DNA of 20,000 nucleotides from an uncultured virus (IMG/VR IMGVR_UViG_3300019378_000501) (IMGVR_UViG_3300019378_000501), one strand, 5' to 3'. Positions 8,439 through 16,398 are shown, numbered from the stretch's first letter. Notes: generated by a model from the sequence alone, not told the origin. Program-made: numbers and translations.

Positions 8439-8828
8439 ATGATCCCTGAAATCATCATCGAAACCGTCGTGCAGATCCTCGCCTGCCTGCTTGTCACCCT
8501 GATCGGCGTGCTGGGCGCTTGGCTGACCGCCAAGATCGGCAAAAAGGCAGAACTGACCAACATCGGTCTGGCTACCAATGAGGTTGTCAGTGCCGCGCAG
8601 CTCACCGTTCTTGAGTTGCAGCAGACCGTTGTTGAACAGTGGAAGGCTGCAAGTGCTGACGGCAAGCTGTCCGAAGATGAAATTAAAGAGTTGGGTGTTA
8701 TGCTGATTCAGAAAACTATGGAAAAGATGTCTGCATCTGCGAATAACCTGCTTGTCTCTGCGGGCGTGGACATCACCGCCATTATCAAGGGCGCGGGTGA
8801 GGCCATGATCCAGAGCATGAAGAAGTAA
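8439..8828 (+). CDS. Holin (LL-H-like)
   Basis: AAGGAG RBS; single N-terminal transmembrane helix; directly after the lysin. Confidence 0.7.
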   Translation: MIPEIIIETVVQILACLLVTLIGVLGAWLTAKIGKKAELTNIGLATNEVVSAAQLTVLELQQTVVEQWKAASADGKLSEDEIKELGVMLIQKTMEKMSASANNLLVSAGVDITAIIKGAGEAMIQSMKK

Positions 8829-8841
8829 TATCCGCACCATT

Positions 8842-8876
8842 GGGCGCACGGGCTTCGGCCTGTGCGCCCTTTTTTT
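8842..8876 (+). terminator. Rho-independent terminator of the late/lysis operon
   Basis: gggcgcacgggc-ttcg-gcctgtgcgccc followed by T7. Confidence 0.92.
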
Positions 8877-9185
8877 ATGCCCAAAATGTCACCACATGGT
8901 TGTCCACACCGCATTTTTAATCTGTTGCAAACTGTTGTTGTGTTGACAAACGCGAGAAACAGATTTTTAAGGTGGTGACGCGAGTGTTGCCCTAAAGTGA
9001 CGACAGAAAAAGCCTTGCGGTTCTTAGGTTTTTCTATATTTGTCAACACTTCAACACTTATTTCTAATTGACTTATAAAAAGTAGTATTTAGGCAGTATA
9101 CGCAACGCCTAAAACGCCTGAGCGCACACATCTGTACGCGCGTGCGCGAGTGTTGTTGCCCTGTAATTTTGGCTTGCATAAATCC

Positions 9186-9262
9186 AGTCAAATTTTTTTG
9201 ACAAAACTATTGACAAGTCAAAAGTCTTTTGCTAATATAATGATAGTCAAAAACATTTGACT
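9186..9262 (+). promoter_or_regulatory. Sigma-A-type promoter overlapped by three 18-bp palindromic operators (AGTCAAA-N4-TTTGACT)
   Basis: TTGACA 9210-9215, 17-nt spacer, TGn-TAATAT 9230-9238 (TATAAT also at 9236-9241). Operators at 9186-9203, 9216-9233 and 9245-9262. Confidence 0.8.
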
Positions 9263-9301
9263 GAAACGACAATCGAAAAACGACATACGGAGGAATTAAC
9301 C

Positions 9302-9517
9302 ATGGAAAAAACCAATAAGGGCCTGTACATCATCAAGAAGTCCGAAAGCACCGTCAAGGGCCGCAACGTAGTCCTTACCCGCAAGACCAATTTGGCAGGC
9401 GACGTTCTGCATGGCGTGGTTCTGGAAAACACCCGGAACGGTCGTCACCAGAAAATCGGAACCTTCGCCGGTATTCTCCCCGCGTGGAACGTCTACAAGG
9501 CACTCGTGAAAAAATAA
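9302..9517 (+). CDS. Hypothetical basic protein, first gene of the accessory operon
   Basis: GGAGG RBS before ATG 9302; 71 aa. Confidence 0.7.
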   Translation: MEKTNKGLYIIKKSESTVKGRNVVLTRKTNLAGDVLHGVVLENTRNGRHQKIGTFAGILPAWNVYKALVKK

Positions 9518-9578
9518 GCCGAAACGGGCAACAGCCCGTAGCCGGGAACCGCCCCACCTGGCCTGACGATGGCAGGGC
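9518..9578 (+). ncRNA. Type II hammerhead ribozyme with pseudoknot
   Basis: gcc-GAAA-cgggc(aaca)gcccg-UA-gccggg(loop)ccuggc-CUGACGA-u-ggc-a-gggc; all three stems pair. Confidence 0.85.
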
Positions 9579-9610
9579 ATCACGACAAACGACAATCGGA
9601 GGTAACGATT

Positions 9611-9814
9611 ATGTTTCATTACAAAGTTAAATATTCTTGGCTGACCGGGATCGGCAGCGAGCGGGTTTATGAGTACGACATCTACATTGCAGAGAATTGT
9701 CAAGAGGCTGCCGACCTTTGCCGTAACGAATACGGTCATTTGCCCGGTATGCGCGTCGAGTTCATCTGGAAAAGCAATTACGGCTCTTGGCTGGCCGTCA
9801 ACGCATGGAGGTGA
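9611..9814 (+). CDS. Hypothetical protein
   Basis: GGAGGT RBS before ATG 9611. Confidence 0.65.
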   Translation: MFHYKVKYSWLTGIGSERVYEYDIYIAENCQEAADLCRNEYGHLPGMRVEFIWKSNYGSWLAVNAWR

Positions 9815-9819
9815 GCGCT

Positions 9820-10212
9820 ATGAAGGTAGTAAAAAACGACCGCGAGCTGCGGGTCGCTTATGAAATCCTTACCCTCCTGACCGATGGGAGCCACACGTTC
9901 GCCAACCCTGAGAGGCTGTCCCAGTGCATCATCGAAACAAAGCGCGCAATGCGCCGGTACACTCACCGCGAAACCGGCTACGACCGCCGGATCATCAAGG
10001 ACGACGGCATGGATGGTTATCTCAGCCTTGAGCGGCTGCCCGACGACATTCGGGATCTGGAAGAAGCCAACCGTTTCTTTGAGCAGTTTATGACCTACCA
10101 TTACCGGCCCTCTGCCTACGATTGCACCGGGCAGGCTATGACAAATTGGTTCAAAGTGTTCCCCCGAAACGGCGGGTTCTACGCCTACCATTCTGTCAGC
10201 TTCGACGTTTAA
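9820..10212 (+). CDS. Hypothetical phage protein
   Basis: GGAGGTGA RBS before ATG 9820; contains YDCTGQ. Confidence 0.7.
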   Translation: MKVVKNDRELRVAYEILTLLTDGSHTFANPERLSQCIIETKRAMRRYTHRETGYDRRIIKDDGMDGYLSLERLPDDIRDLEEANRFFEQFMTYHYRPSAYDCTGQAMTNWFKVFPRNGGFYAYHSVSFDV

Positions 10213-10225
10213 GGAGGCGGCAAGG

Positions 10226-10396
10226 ATGTTCGAGAAACGCTTTTGCCCCTACTGCGGCGCTCCGTTATCTGACGGCTGTGATTGCGCCGCAGAGTTGGAG
10301 CGGTACGAAAACGAGCTGATCGAGGAACTGGAAGATCGCCAGTGCATGACAGCTTGGCAGCAGGACTTGATTGACCTGCGCAGGTTTGAGCGATAA
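10226..10396 (+). CDS. Small Zn-ribbon-like protein (56 aa; not in the ORF track)
   Basis: AAGGAGG RBS; MFEKRFCPYCGAPLSDGCDC...RRFER*. Confidence 0.7.
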   Translation: MFEKRFCPYCGAPLSDGCDCAAELERYENELIEELEDRQCMTAWQQDLIDLRRFER

Positions 10397-10408
10397 GGAG
10401 GTTTTGAT

Positions 10409-10603
10409 ATGGCTACCTACAAAGTGACGCGTGAAGGTTATCGCGCAACGATCCTCACCCGCGAGGGTGAAACCCGCGTTTCCCGGCTCTATCCCCGGTG
10501 CGACCGTGAGCTTTTGGAGCAGGCGTGTGAACGCATGAGTAAGATCGGCGAAGCCGTTTCCTATTCCATCGATTGGGTTAGGGTTCAGACAGATGCAGGG
10601 TAA
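10409..10603 (+). CDS. Hypothetical protein
   Basis: AAGGAGG RBS; tightly packed with neighbours. Confidence 0.7.
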   Translation: MATYKVTREGYRATILTREGETRVSRLYPRCDRELLEQACERMSKIGEAVSYSIDWVRVQTDAG

Positions 10604-10617
10604 GGGAGGACAACCAC

Positions 10618-10872
10618 ATGAATGAGTTTAATCAGGGCTACGAAATCATCGCAGCCGAAACCTATCAGATCACCGAGAAAGGCAGAGAGTGCCGGATCGT
10701 GTTAGGCCGCATGGAAACCAAGTACGGCGCGATGTTTGTCACTTGGGAGAGTACCACCGGCGCTATCGGCGGCGACGGATACGCGGACTACTTTTGGGGC
10801 CATTACCTCGACAACGAGAAAGCGGCTCGCGCCGACTATCACCGCCGACTGCTTGAGAAGTATGAGAGCTGA
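10618..10872 (+). CDS. Hypothetical protein
   Basis: GGAGG RBS; FVTW...YFWGHY..A..DY..R motif of the kind seen in mobile-element proteins. Confidence 0.7.
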   Translation: MNEFNQGYEIIAAETYQITEKGRECRIVLGRMETKYGAMFVTWESTTGAIGGDGYADYFWGHYLDNEKAARADYHRRLLEKYES

Positions 10873-10888
10873 GAAAGGAGCTGTCACC

Positions 10889-11050
10889 ATGTACGAAATC
10901 GTGTACGACTACGACGACGGGTGGAGCGAATCCCGAAACAACGTCGAAACGTTCGAGGGTTCGTGGTCTGAGTTGCAAGACCACATCAAGAAGATGCGCC
11001 GCAACGGTTGCTACAACATTTACGCGACAAGCGTTAAGGAGGGCTTATGA
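10889..11050 (+). CDS. Hypothetical protein (53 aa)
   Basis: AAAGGAG RBS before ATG 10889; stop overlaps the next ATG. Confidence 0.65.
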   Translation: MYEIVYDYDDGWSESRNNVETFEGSWSELQDHIKKMRRNGCYNIYATSVKEGL

Positions 11051-11454
11051 AACGACTGACTTACTGGAACGGTAAGAAATGGATCTTGCCGCAGGGATCT
11101 TGGCGAGAGATCGCCGACCGACTGGCCGCCTATGAAAATACCGGCTTGGAGCCTGACGAGATCGCTCAGTTACAGGCCCACAGTCCTGTTGAGAACGATT
11201 TTCCAGTCGGCGGCGACATCTTTACCGCAGTAATCGTAGCCCGTGAGGGCGGCGGCTATGTCCCCTACATCGACCCGGTAAACTGCTGTGCTTTCCTCCG
11301 TGCGTCGGAGATCCGGGAGCTGGCAGACAATCCCGATGTTATCAACCAGCGCGGCGCAAACCATCTTGTTATTGAGGTTTACCCGGATCGTTGGCACGTC
11401 GCTCAGGTGGGCGGTTATACCCCGGACAGCGGTATGTATACCAAACTTTACTGA
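11047..11454 (+). CDS. Hypothetical phage protein
   Basis: MKRLT...RLAAYENTGLEPDEI motif common in phage accessory proteins. Confidence 0.7.
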   Translation: MKRLTYWNGKKWILPQGSWREIADRLAAYENTGLEPDEIAQLQAHSPVENDFPVGGDIFTAVIVAREGGGYVPYIDPVNCCAFLRASEIRELADNPDVINQRGANHLVIEVYPDRWHVAQVGGYTPDSGMYTKLY

Positions 11455-11469
11455 TCGGAGGATTTGAAT

Positions 11470-12387
11470 ATGAACTATTACGAGATCAACGAAGATGCTG
11501 CCAAACGCGCTAAGGACGCGAACAGCTTTTTCGACTACGTTCCCGGTTCCGCAACTCACCACTACCGTGCGGAAGTGGATAGGGCTGCTGAGATCGCAGC
11601 CAAGCAGAAAGAGCGTGTCGACCCTATGTACCACGCCAAGATCGACGGTCTGTTGGAGAAGTTCGCCCGCGAGCTGGCCGAAGTTATCAATCATCGAAAC
11701 GAGATTGACGCACGCGTACCCTCTGTGATGGTCGCCGGTGGCAGCAATTTCCCTGTCGCGGCTAAGAATCGGCAGAACGCAGCTCGTGAGCGTAACGACG
11801 CGAGGTATGCAGAGGTTCAGGAGATTTTGCGGAAGATCCAGAGCGTCGGCATGGGCGGCATTATGAGCGACGATAAAAACGCCGTCGCCAAGCTGACCGC
11901 GAAGTTGGAAAAGCTCGAAAAGCATCAGGCACTTATGCGAGCCGCCAATGCTGCGGTTCGCATGAAGGATGTTGAGAAGGGCGACGCTAAGTTAACGGAG
12001 TTGGGTTACACCGCAGAGGAAATCAATCAGCTCCGCACTCCCGATTTCTGCGGTCGTCTCGGATACCCTGATTATGAGATGAAGAATAACAACGCGAACA
12101 TTCGCCGGATTAAGGAGCGTATTGCCGCTTTGGAGAAAGAGGCGCAGCGCGCCGCCGAGAATGTCGACGCGGAGCCGGTCAAGGGCGACGGCTATGAGTT
12201 GATTGAAAACGCCGAGATTGGGCGTATTCAGTTTGTTTTCGACGGTAAGCCCGACGAGTATACCCGCGCGCTGTTGAAGTCTAACGGTTTCCGTTGGTCG
12301 CCCTCTCAAGGCGCTTGGCAACGGATGCTGAACGATAACGGCAGATATGCGGCCCAGCGGATTATCGAAAAACTGAACGCAGAATGA
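11470..12387 (+). CDS. DUF3560-related protein of phages/conjugative elements
   Basis: PSVMVAGGSNFP, I.SDD..A..KL, NNNANIRRIKERI and RIQ..FDGKPD...R..LK..GFRWSP...AWQR motifs. Confidence 0.6.
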   Translation: MNYYEINEDAAKRAKDANSFFDYVPGSATHHYRAEVDRAAEIAAKQKERVDPMYHAKIDGLLEKFARELAEVINHRNEIDARVPSVMVAGGSNFPVAAKNRQNAARERNDARYAEVQEILRKIQSVGMGGIMSDDKNAVAKLTAKLEKLEKHQALMRAANAAVRMKDVEKGDAKLTELGYTAEEINQLRTPDFCGRLGYPDYEMKNNNANIRRIKERIAALEKEAQRAAENVDAEPVKGDGYELIENAEIGRIQFVFDGKPDEYTRALLKSNGFRWSPSQGAWQRMLNDNGRYAAQRIIEKLNAE

Positions 12388-12421
12388 CGGATAAGCTACA
12401 CGAAAGACGGAGGCGACAAGC

Positions 12422-12583
12422 GTGAACAACGTTTATGAAGGTTTTGCAATCATCGGTATTTACCTCGCACCGCTTATGGCGGCCCTCGCTATCGGCGGTA
12501 TCTTTTCAGATTTCATCTTGCCCCGGTGTCCACGCTTGCTCTGTTTTCTTGAGTGGGTGTTCGGGATCGACTTGGGGCCATGA
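12422..12583 (+). CDS. Small membrane protein (53 aa; not in the ORF track)
   Basis: GGAGG RBS and GTG start; MNNVYEGFAIIGIYLAPLMAALAIGGIFSDF... Confidence 0.6.
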   Translation: MNNVYEGFAIIGIYLAPLMAALAIGGIFSDFILPRCPRLLCFLEWVFGIDLGP

Positions 12584-12596
12584 GAAAGGAGCTTCA

Positions 12597-12791
12597 ATGT
12601 TCATCAAAGCGACCATCAAAGTTACCAAGGAGAACACGATCTGGATTAACCTCGATAACGTCACAATGGTAACTCCCTGCATCAACGGTACGACATTGCA
12701 TTTCACCGGCGGCGGGCAGGTCAACGTTGTCGAGGATTTCGACACGATCCGTGAGCGGATCACGTTCGCAGAAGCAATGAGAAAGGTGTGA
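12597..12791 (+). CDS. Small protein, FlbD-like pattern
   Basis: AAAGGAG RBS; IWINLDNV..V......T.L.F..G..V.V.E..D.I. Confidence 0.55.
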   Translation: MFIKATIKVTKENTIWINLDNVTMVTPCINGTTLHFTGGGQVNVVEDFDTIRERITFAEAMRKV

Positions 12792-12994
12792 CAACTGTGG
12801 GATATTTCGATACCCTTGCAAAGTTCTTAGGGATGTTCCCTAACTTTCTCGAATCGGTGGCGTTTTGGTCGCCGGTTCGAGACAAAAATACTATTCGTGT
12901 CGAGCTGAAAAGCGGTCAAAAGCTGCTGTTTACCTACTGGAATGACCGGGAGTGGAGCCTGACCGCCGTAAACGGCGCAGTTCGGAAAGTTTAA
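12788..12994 (+). CDS. Hypothetical protein
   Basis: GTGA overlap with the preceding gene. Confidence 0.6.
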   Translation: MTTVGYFDTLAKFLGMFPNFLESVAFWSPVRDKNTIRVELKSGQKLLFTYWNDREWSLTAVNGAVRKV

Positions 12995-13013
12995 CCGTAA
13001 GGAGGAATGACCA

Positions 13014-13496
13014 ATGCTTACCGAGATCACCGGCGACCTGTTGACGGTTCGCGCCGGAATTATCTGTCACCAAGTAAACTACTACGGTGTCATGGGTGGC
13101 GGTGTCGCCGCTGCCATTGCTGATAAGATTCTGTCAGCCGAACAATATGCCGCCTACTCCATGTACTGCAAGCAGGCTGGCCGTACAGCCTTAGGCAGCG
13201 TTCAGTTCTTAGGATGCGCCCCCGGTCTGGTCGTCGCCAATATGTTCTGTCAGGACGAAGCTCTTGCCCAGAGAGGCGGCAACCTTTGCATCACTGACTA
13301 CGACCTTATGTACCAATGTTTCAAGCGCGTGCGCAATATGGCACAGATCCAAAAGATGCGGGTTTACATCCCGCGCAATATTGGCTGCGGCATCGCCGGT
13401 GGTAACTGGGATACCGTGAAGCAGATCATGGAGGACGTTTTCGGGAAAGGCCCTGTGGACGCTTTCATCGTAGGGCGGGAGGTTGGAAATGGCTAA
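13014..13496 (+). CDS. Macrodomain protein (Poa1p/TARG1-like)
   Basis: GDLL...IICHQVN..GVMGGGVA and IGCGIAGGNW..V motifs. Confidence 0.85.
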   Translation: MLTEITGDLLTVRAGIICHQVNYYGVMGGGVAAAIADKILSAEQYAAYSMYCKQAGRTALGSVQFLGCAPGLVVANMFCQDEALAQRGGNLCITDYDLMYQCFKRVRNMAQIQKMRVYIPRNIGCGIAGGNWDTVKQIMEDVFGKGPVDAFIVGREVGNG

Positions 13497-13791
13497 AATC
13501 GTCGAATGTGTTTCCGGCATTGATGGTAACGGCTATCAGTATATGTTGGGTTGGCGAGCGCCACTGTGGTTGGATGCACACGGCCTGAGAAATGGGCCAG
13601 CATGGGCGCTCCGACTGCACCACGATAAGAACCGTTCCGAACTGGAAACCTTTATTTGGGTTGGTGGCACACCTCGCAACGGAAAAACTGTCGCGGTGTT
13701 CAAAGACGAAATCATTACCGAGGGCGAACTTCCGGCACTACTGAAAAAGCATAACATCCCGTTCGTGGAGGTCGAAGATGGCAAGGCGTAA
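13489..13791 (+). CDS. Hypothetical protein
   Basis: GGAGG RBS; 8-nt overlap with the macrodomain gene. Confidence 0.65.
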   Translation: MAKIVECVSGIDGNGYQYMLGWRAPLWLDAHGLRNGPAWALRLHHDKNRSELETFIWVGGTPRNGKTVAVFKDEIITEGELPALLKKHNIPFVEVEDGKA

Positions 13792-14131
13792 GAGCTACAC
13801 GAACGCGGATCAGATCCGCAGCATGACCGACGATCAGTTGGCAAAAGCACTTTTAGATGCGAACGATACCGGCGTTTCCATTCCTTTCTGTCAAGAGCTG
13901 CCGGAGTGTGAGGCGCTGTTGGACACCGGGATTATCCCGGATGAAAAGTGTCTACAGTGCGTCAAGGAGTGGCTGAAACGGCCTGCATTTACGAGGGGGG
14001 GGAGTATCGCATGGATAATAAACTGGGTAAGGGTGTTCGTTTTGAACGTATCCGTCGAATCACCGGCTATCTGGTCGGAACCTTGGATCGCTGGAATAAT
14101 GCCAAGAAAGCTGAGGAACGTGACCGTGTAA
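13778..14131 (+). CDS. Hypothetical Cys-containing phage protein; true stop probably 14018 if the G8 tract is G7
   Basis: TNADQIRSMTDDQLA...C...WL motif; reads through the G8 at 13995-14002. Confidence 0.6.
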   Translation: MARRKSYTNADQIRSMTDDQLAKALLDANDTGVSIPFCQELPECEALLDTGIIPDEKCLQCVKEWLKRPAFTRGGSIAWIINWVRVFVLNVSVESPAIWSEPWIAGIMPRKLRNVTV

Positions 14132-14187
14132 AGCACGGCATTGTTATCAGGAAGGAGGAAGAAAATCATGCCCAACATGAAGTCTGA
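14011..14187 (+). CDS. Stand-alone glycyl-radical domain resembling the NrdD C-terminus (58 aa)
   Basis: FERIRRITGYLVGTLDRWNNAKKAEERDRVKH; GGAG RBS. Confidence 0.85.
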   Translation: MDNKLGKGVRFERIRRITGYLVGTLDRWNNAKKAEERDRVKHGIVIRKEEENHAQHEV

Positions 14188-14401
14188 TGAATACTGGCGC
14201 GGTAAACCCGGAGCCAAGTACGGTATCTGGAACGATGTCAAAAAGGAGTTCCAGTTCGGTATTTGCGAGGACACGCCCGCGTTGGCAGAAGCTCGCCTCA
14301 GACAACGGATTGGCCGCGACAGCCACAAGTGGAGGTTCCAAGTTCGACGGTTGACCGGCGAGGCGCTACACCGAGCGATGGAGGCGGCGAATGAAAAGTG
14401 A
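14168..14401 (+). CDS. Hypothetical protein
   Basis: AAGGAGG RBS before ATG 14168. Confidence 0.6.
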   Translation: MPNMKSDEYWRGKPGAKYGIWNDVKKEFQFGICEDTPALAEARLRQRIGRDSHKWRFQVRRLTGEALHRAMEAANEK

Positions 14402-14606
14402 ACCGCAGCAGATCCCCGCAGCGAAAAGTTGTAAATGCGGTGAGCGCCCGGTTTACTTTACGTTTGACGATCCCGCCGGTGTTATTTTCCACCGCATGAT
14501 GTGTCCGCGTTGCGGAAAGAAGGTAACGAGTTTATCAAAGATTAAAGCGATTTTTCGTTGGAACGAATACATAACGGAGGTGATGTCGTGGTTGGTGAAG
14601 AAATGA
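14391..14606 (+). CDS. Lar (restriction alleviation)-like Zn-ribbon protein
   Basis: CKCG...CPRCG...AIFRWN pattern. Confidence 0.5.
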   Translation: MKSEPQQIPAAKSCKCGERPVYFTFDDPAGVIFHRMMCPRCGKKVTSLSKIKAIFRWNEYITEVMSWLVKK

Positions 14607-14800
14607 TTGAGCGCGAGGACAAGCGCCGTCGTCATGCGTTGACATTGGCGCAGGTCGAATGGGCTTACGAGAAATGGTGTTTGGGTTATACCTTGGCTCA
14701 GATTGCCGAAGCCCTCCACGTCTCGTCCCGCACGGTATCGCGTGCGTTTGAATTGTTGGGCAAGCCACGAGTACGGCCCAAGCTGATTTATGGAGGCTAA
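14588..14800 (+). CDS. Small helix-turn-helix DNA-binding protein
   Basis: GYTLAQIAEALHVSSRTVSRAF; GGAGGTGA RBS before GTG 14588 (alternative ATG 14603). Confidence 0.75.
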   Translation: MVGEEMIEREDKRRRHALTLAQVEWAYEKWCLGYTLAQIAEALHVSSRTVSRAFELLGKPRVRPKLIYGG

Positions 14801-14803
14801 ATT

Positions 14804-15187
14804 ATGAGAGGCGTTGTATTTACAACCGATAACCAGATGTACGTCAAGGACTTCGGACGGCCCTTGTATGAAACCATCGGCAAAGAGGTCGACGGTTGGA
14901 TCGAAGTCGTTCACCCTGTCGGGCTTAAAAGAGCGCCCAGCAAACTTTGTTTCGTCTGCAATGAAGAAGGTCTGTTGCGCGGTCTGCCTTTGAACGCGTT
15001 CGGCAGTGTGCTTTACGGCACGCAGCACCACGGACACCCTATTGTCGGTAACATCGTGTTTATGCGTGAGGGCATTGTGAACGGCGAGCCTGATTTTGTC
15101 GAGCTGACCGACACTGATATTCAGTGGATTAAAAAGTTGGCTCGTGACGTGTCCGGCGACCTGATCCGGGAAGTTGAAGCGAGGTGA
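14804..15187 (+). CDS. DUF3846-like protein
   Basis: VDGWIEVV...VCNEEGLL.GLPLN...IVGNIVF. Confidence 0.75.
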   Translation: MRGVVFTTDNQMYVKDFGRPLYETIGKEVDGWIEVVHPVGLKRAPSKLCFVCNEEGLLRGLPLNAFGSVLYGTQHHGHPIVGNIVFMREGIVNGEPDFVELTDTDIQWIKKLARDVSGDLIREVEAR

Positions 15188-15193
15188 GATCTC

Positions 15194-15517
15194 ATGCCTG
15201 AAATCGAATTGCAGCGATGCCCCAACTGCGGCGGCCCTGCGAAACTCCACACGAAACACGGAAAGTTCCGCTACGAGTGCGACGGCGACTGTTGGACTTC
15301 CACCGGCCTGTATAGCGCGCAGGAGGGGGCCGCCCGTGAATGGAACCGACTGAAAGGGCGGGTGCCTGAACGGGATTGTCTGATGTGCAAGCACTCCATG
15401 TCCTGTGATTCTCCTGACGGCCCACAGTTGGTCTGCTTTTGTTGTGCTGGACACGAAGGTGAGGAAACGTATGTTGATGAACCCTGTGAGAATTATTCGG
15501 GAGCATGGTTCTTATGA
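15194..15517 (+). CDS. Lar-like Zn-ribbon protein with an extra Cys-rich C-terminus
   Basis: LQRCPNCGGPA...CDGDC...AAREWNR, then CLMCKH...C..CC...C. Confidence 0.6.
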   Translation: MPEIELQRCPNCGGPAKLHTKHGKFRYECDGDCWTSTGLYSAQEGAAREWNRLKGRVPERDCLMCKHSMSCDSPDGPQLVCFCCAGHEGEETYVDEPCENYSGAWFL

Positions 15518-15628
15518 GCGACACCTAAAATCGAAAATCCGTAAGTTTAATCGCGTATTTTGAGAAAAAATCTCAAATTCGCGTAGTTAAAAACGAAAAT
15601 ACGCAAATTAGGAGGTATCTAAGAAACA

Positions 15629-15958
15629 ATGGGACTTAGCATTACGATCACTCGCCGGAAAGGGAAAAAGTGTCCTCATTGTGGTGAGCTGGTGGGGTAT
15701 GAGGTGCTTGCGGATCTGATGGGTGGTGGCCGAAACTGGTATCCGATTTTAGAGCGTTTCGGCTACTATGTACCCTATGAGTCGCGCACCGAAGAAAACG
15801 ACTGGTATGGAAAAGACATGGTGTTGACCGCCGAACAAGCCGATGAACTGTACCGTTATTCTCAGCACCACGAGCTTTATTGTCAGGGCGGTCTTAGGTC
15901 GGTGATCGCTCAGGCGTTGCATGAGGGCGACCAGATCGTAATTAACGCGGATTGGTAG
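15629..15958 (+). CDS. Hypothetical protein with CPHCG motif
   Basis: AGGAGGT RBS. Confidence 0.7.
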   Translation: MGLSITITRRKGKKCPHCGELVGYEVLADLMGGGRNWYPILERFGYYVPYESRTEENDWYGKDMVLTAEQADELYRYSQHHELYCQGGLRSVIAQALHEGDQIVINADW

Positions 15959-15968
15959 GAGGTAAAAC

Positions 15969-16154
15969 ATGGCAGCACCAAATAACTCCCGATGCCCCCG
16001 ATGTAAAGCAAGGCTCCGGGTCAGATCCGGGCAGTATGTAAGCTATACCTGCGGACGCTGCGGCTATTCCAAAACAGAGGAGCCGGATAATATGACCAAA
16101 GAGTTTCTTTGGGGGCCGCTGTTCGAGACGAGGAGGATGAAACGTGGCAAGTGA
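15969..16154 (+). CDS. Small Zn-ribbon protein
   Basis: CPRC...CGRCG; AGGAGGT RBS. Confidence 0.65.
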   Translation: MAAPNNSRCPRCKARLRVRSGQYVSYTCGRCGYSKTEEPDNMTKEFLWGPLFETRRMKRGK

Positions 16155-16398
16155 AAAACCCTCCGTTCATATCGGAGATACTTTGTTCATCATCGGAAAG
16201 TACAGTTATTCGCCGGACGAGGCCCCGTCAATCATAGAGGTGCAAGTGGCGTACGATCTCCATAAGCGGCATTTCGCCTATCCTAAATCGGGTCGTGGCA
16301 CATTCAGCTTTGCAACCGGCGACATGGGAAAAACGGTATTTACGAACCGCAAGGACGCAGAGCGCGTTTTAAGGAGGATTTTAGATGCGTCCGATTGA
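16144..16398 (+). CDS. Hypothetical phage protein
   Basis: GAGGAGG RBS and GTG start; GKTVF....AE C-terminal motif. Confidence 0.65.
   Translation: MASEKPSVHIGDTLFIIGKYSYSPDEAPSIIEVQVAYDLHKRHFAYPKSGRGTFSFATGDMGKTVFTNRKDAERVLRRILDASD

Noticed and set aside
14453..15454. 333-aa - strand ORF and other - strand ORFs in the accessory region
   Set aside because: They overlap several + strand genes that have strong RBSs and recognisable motifs.
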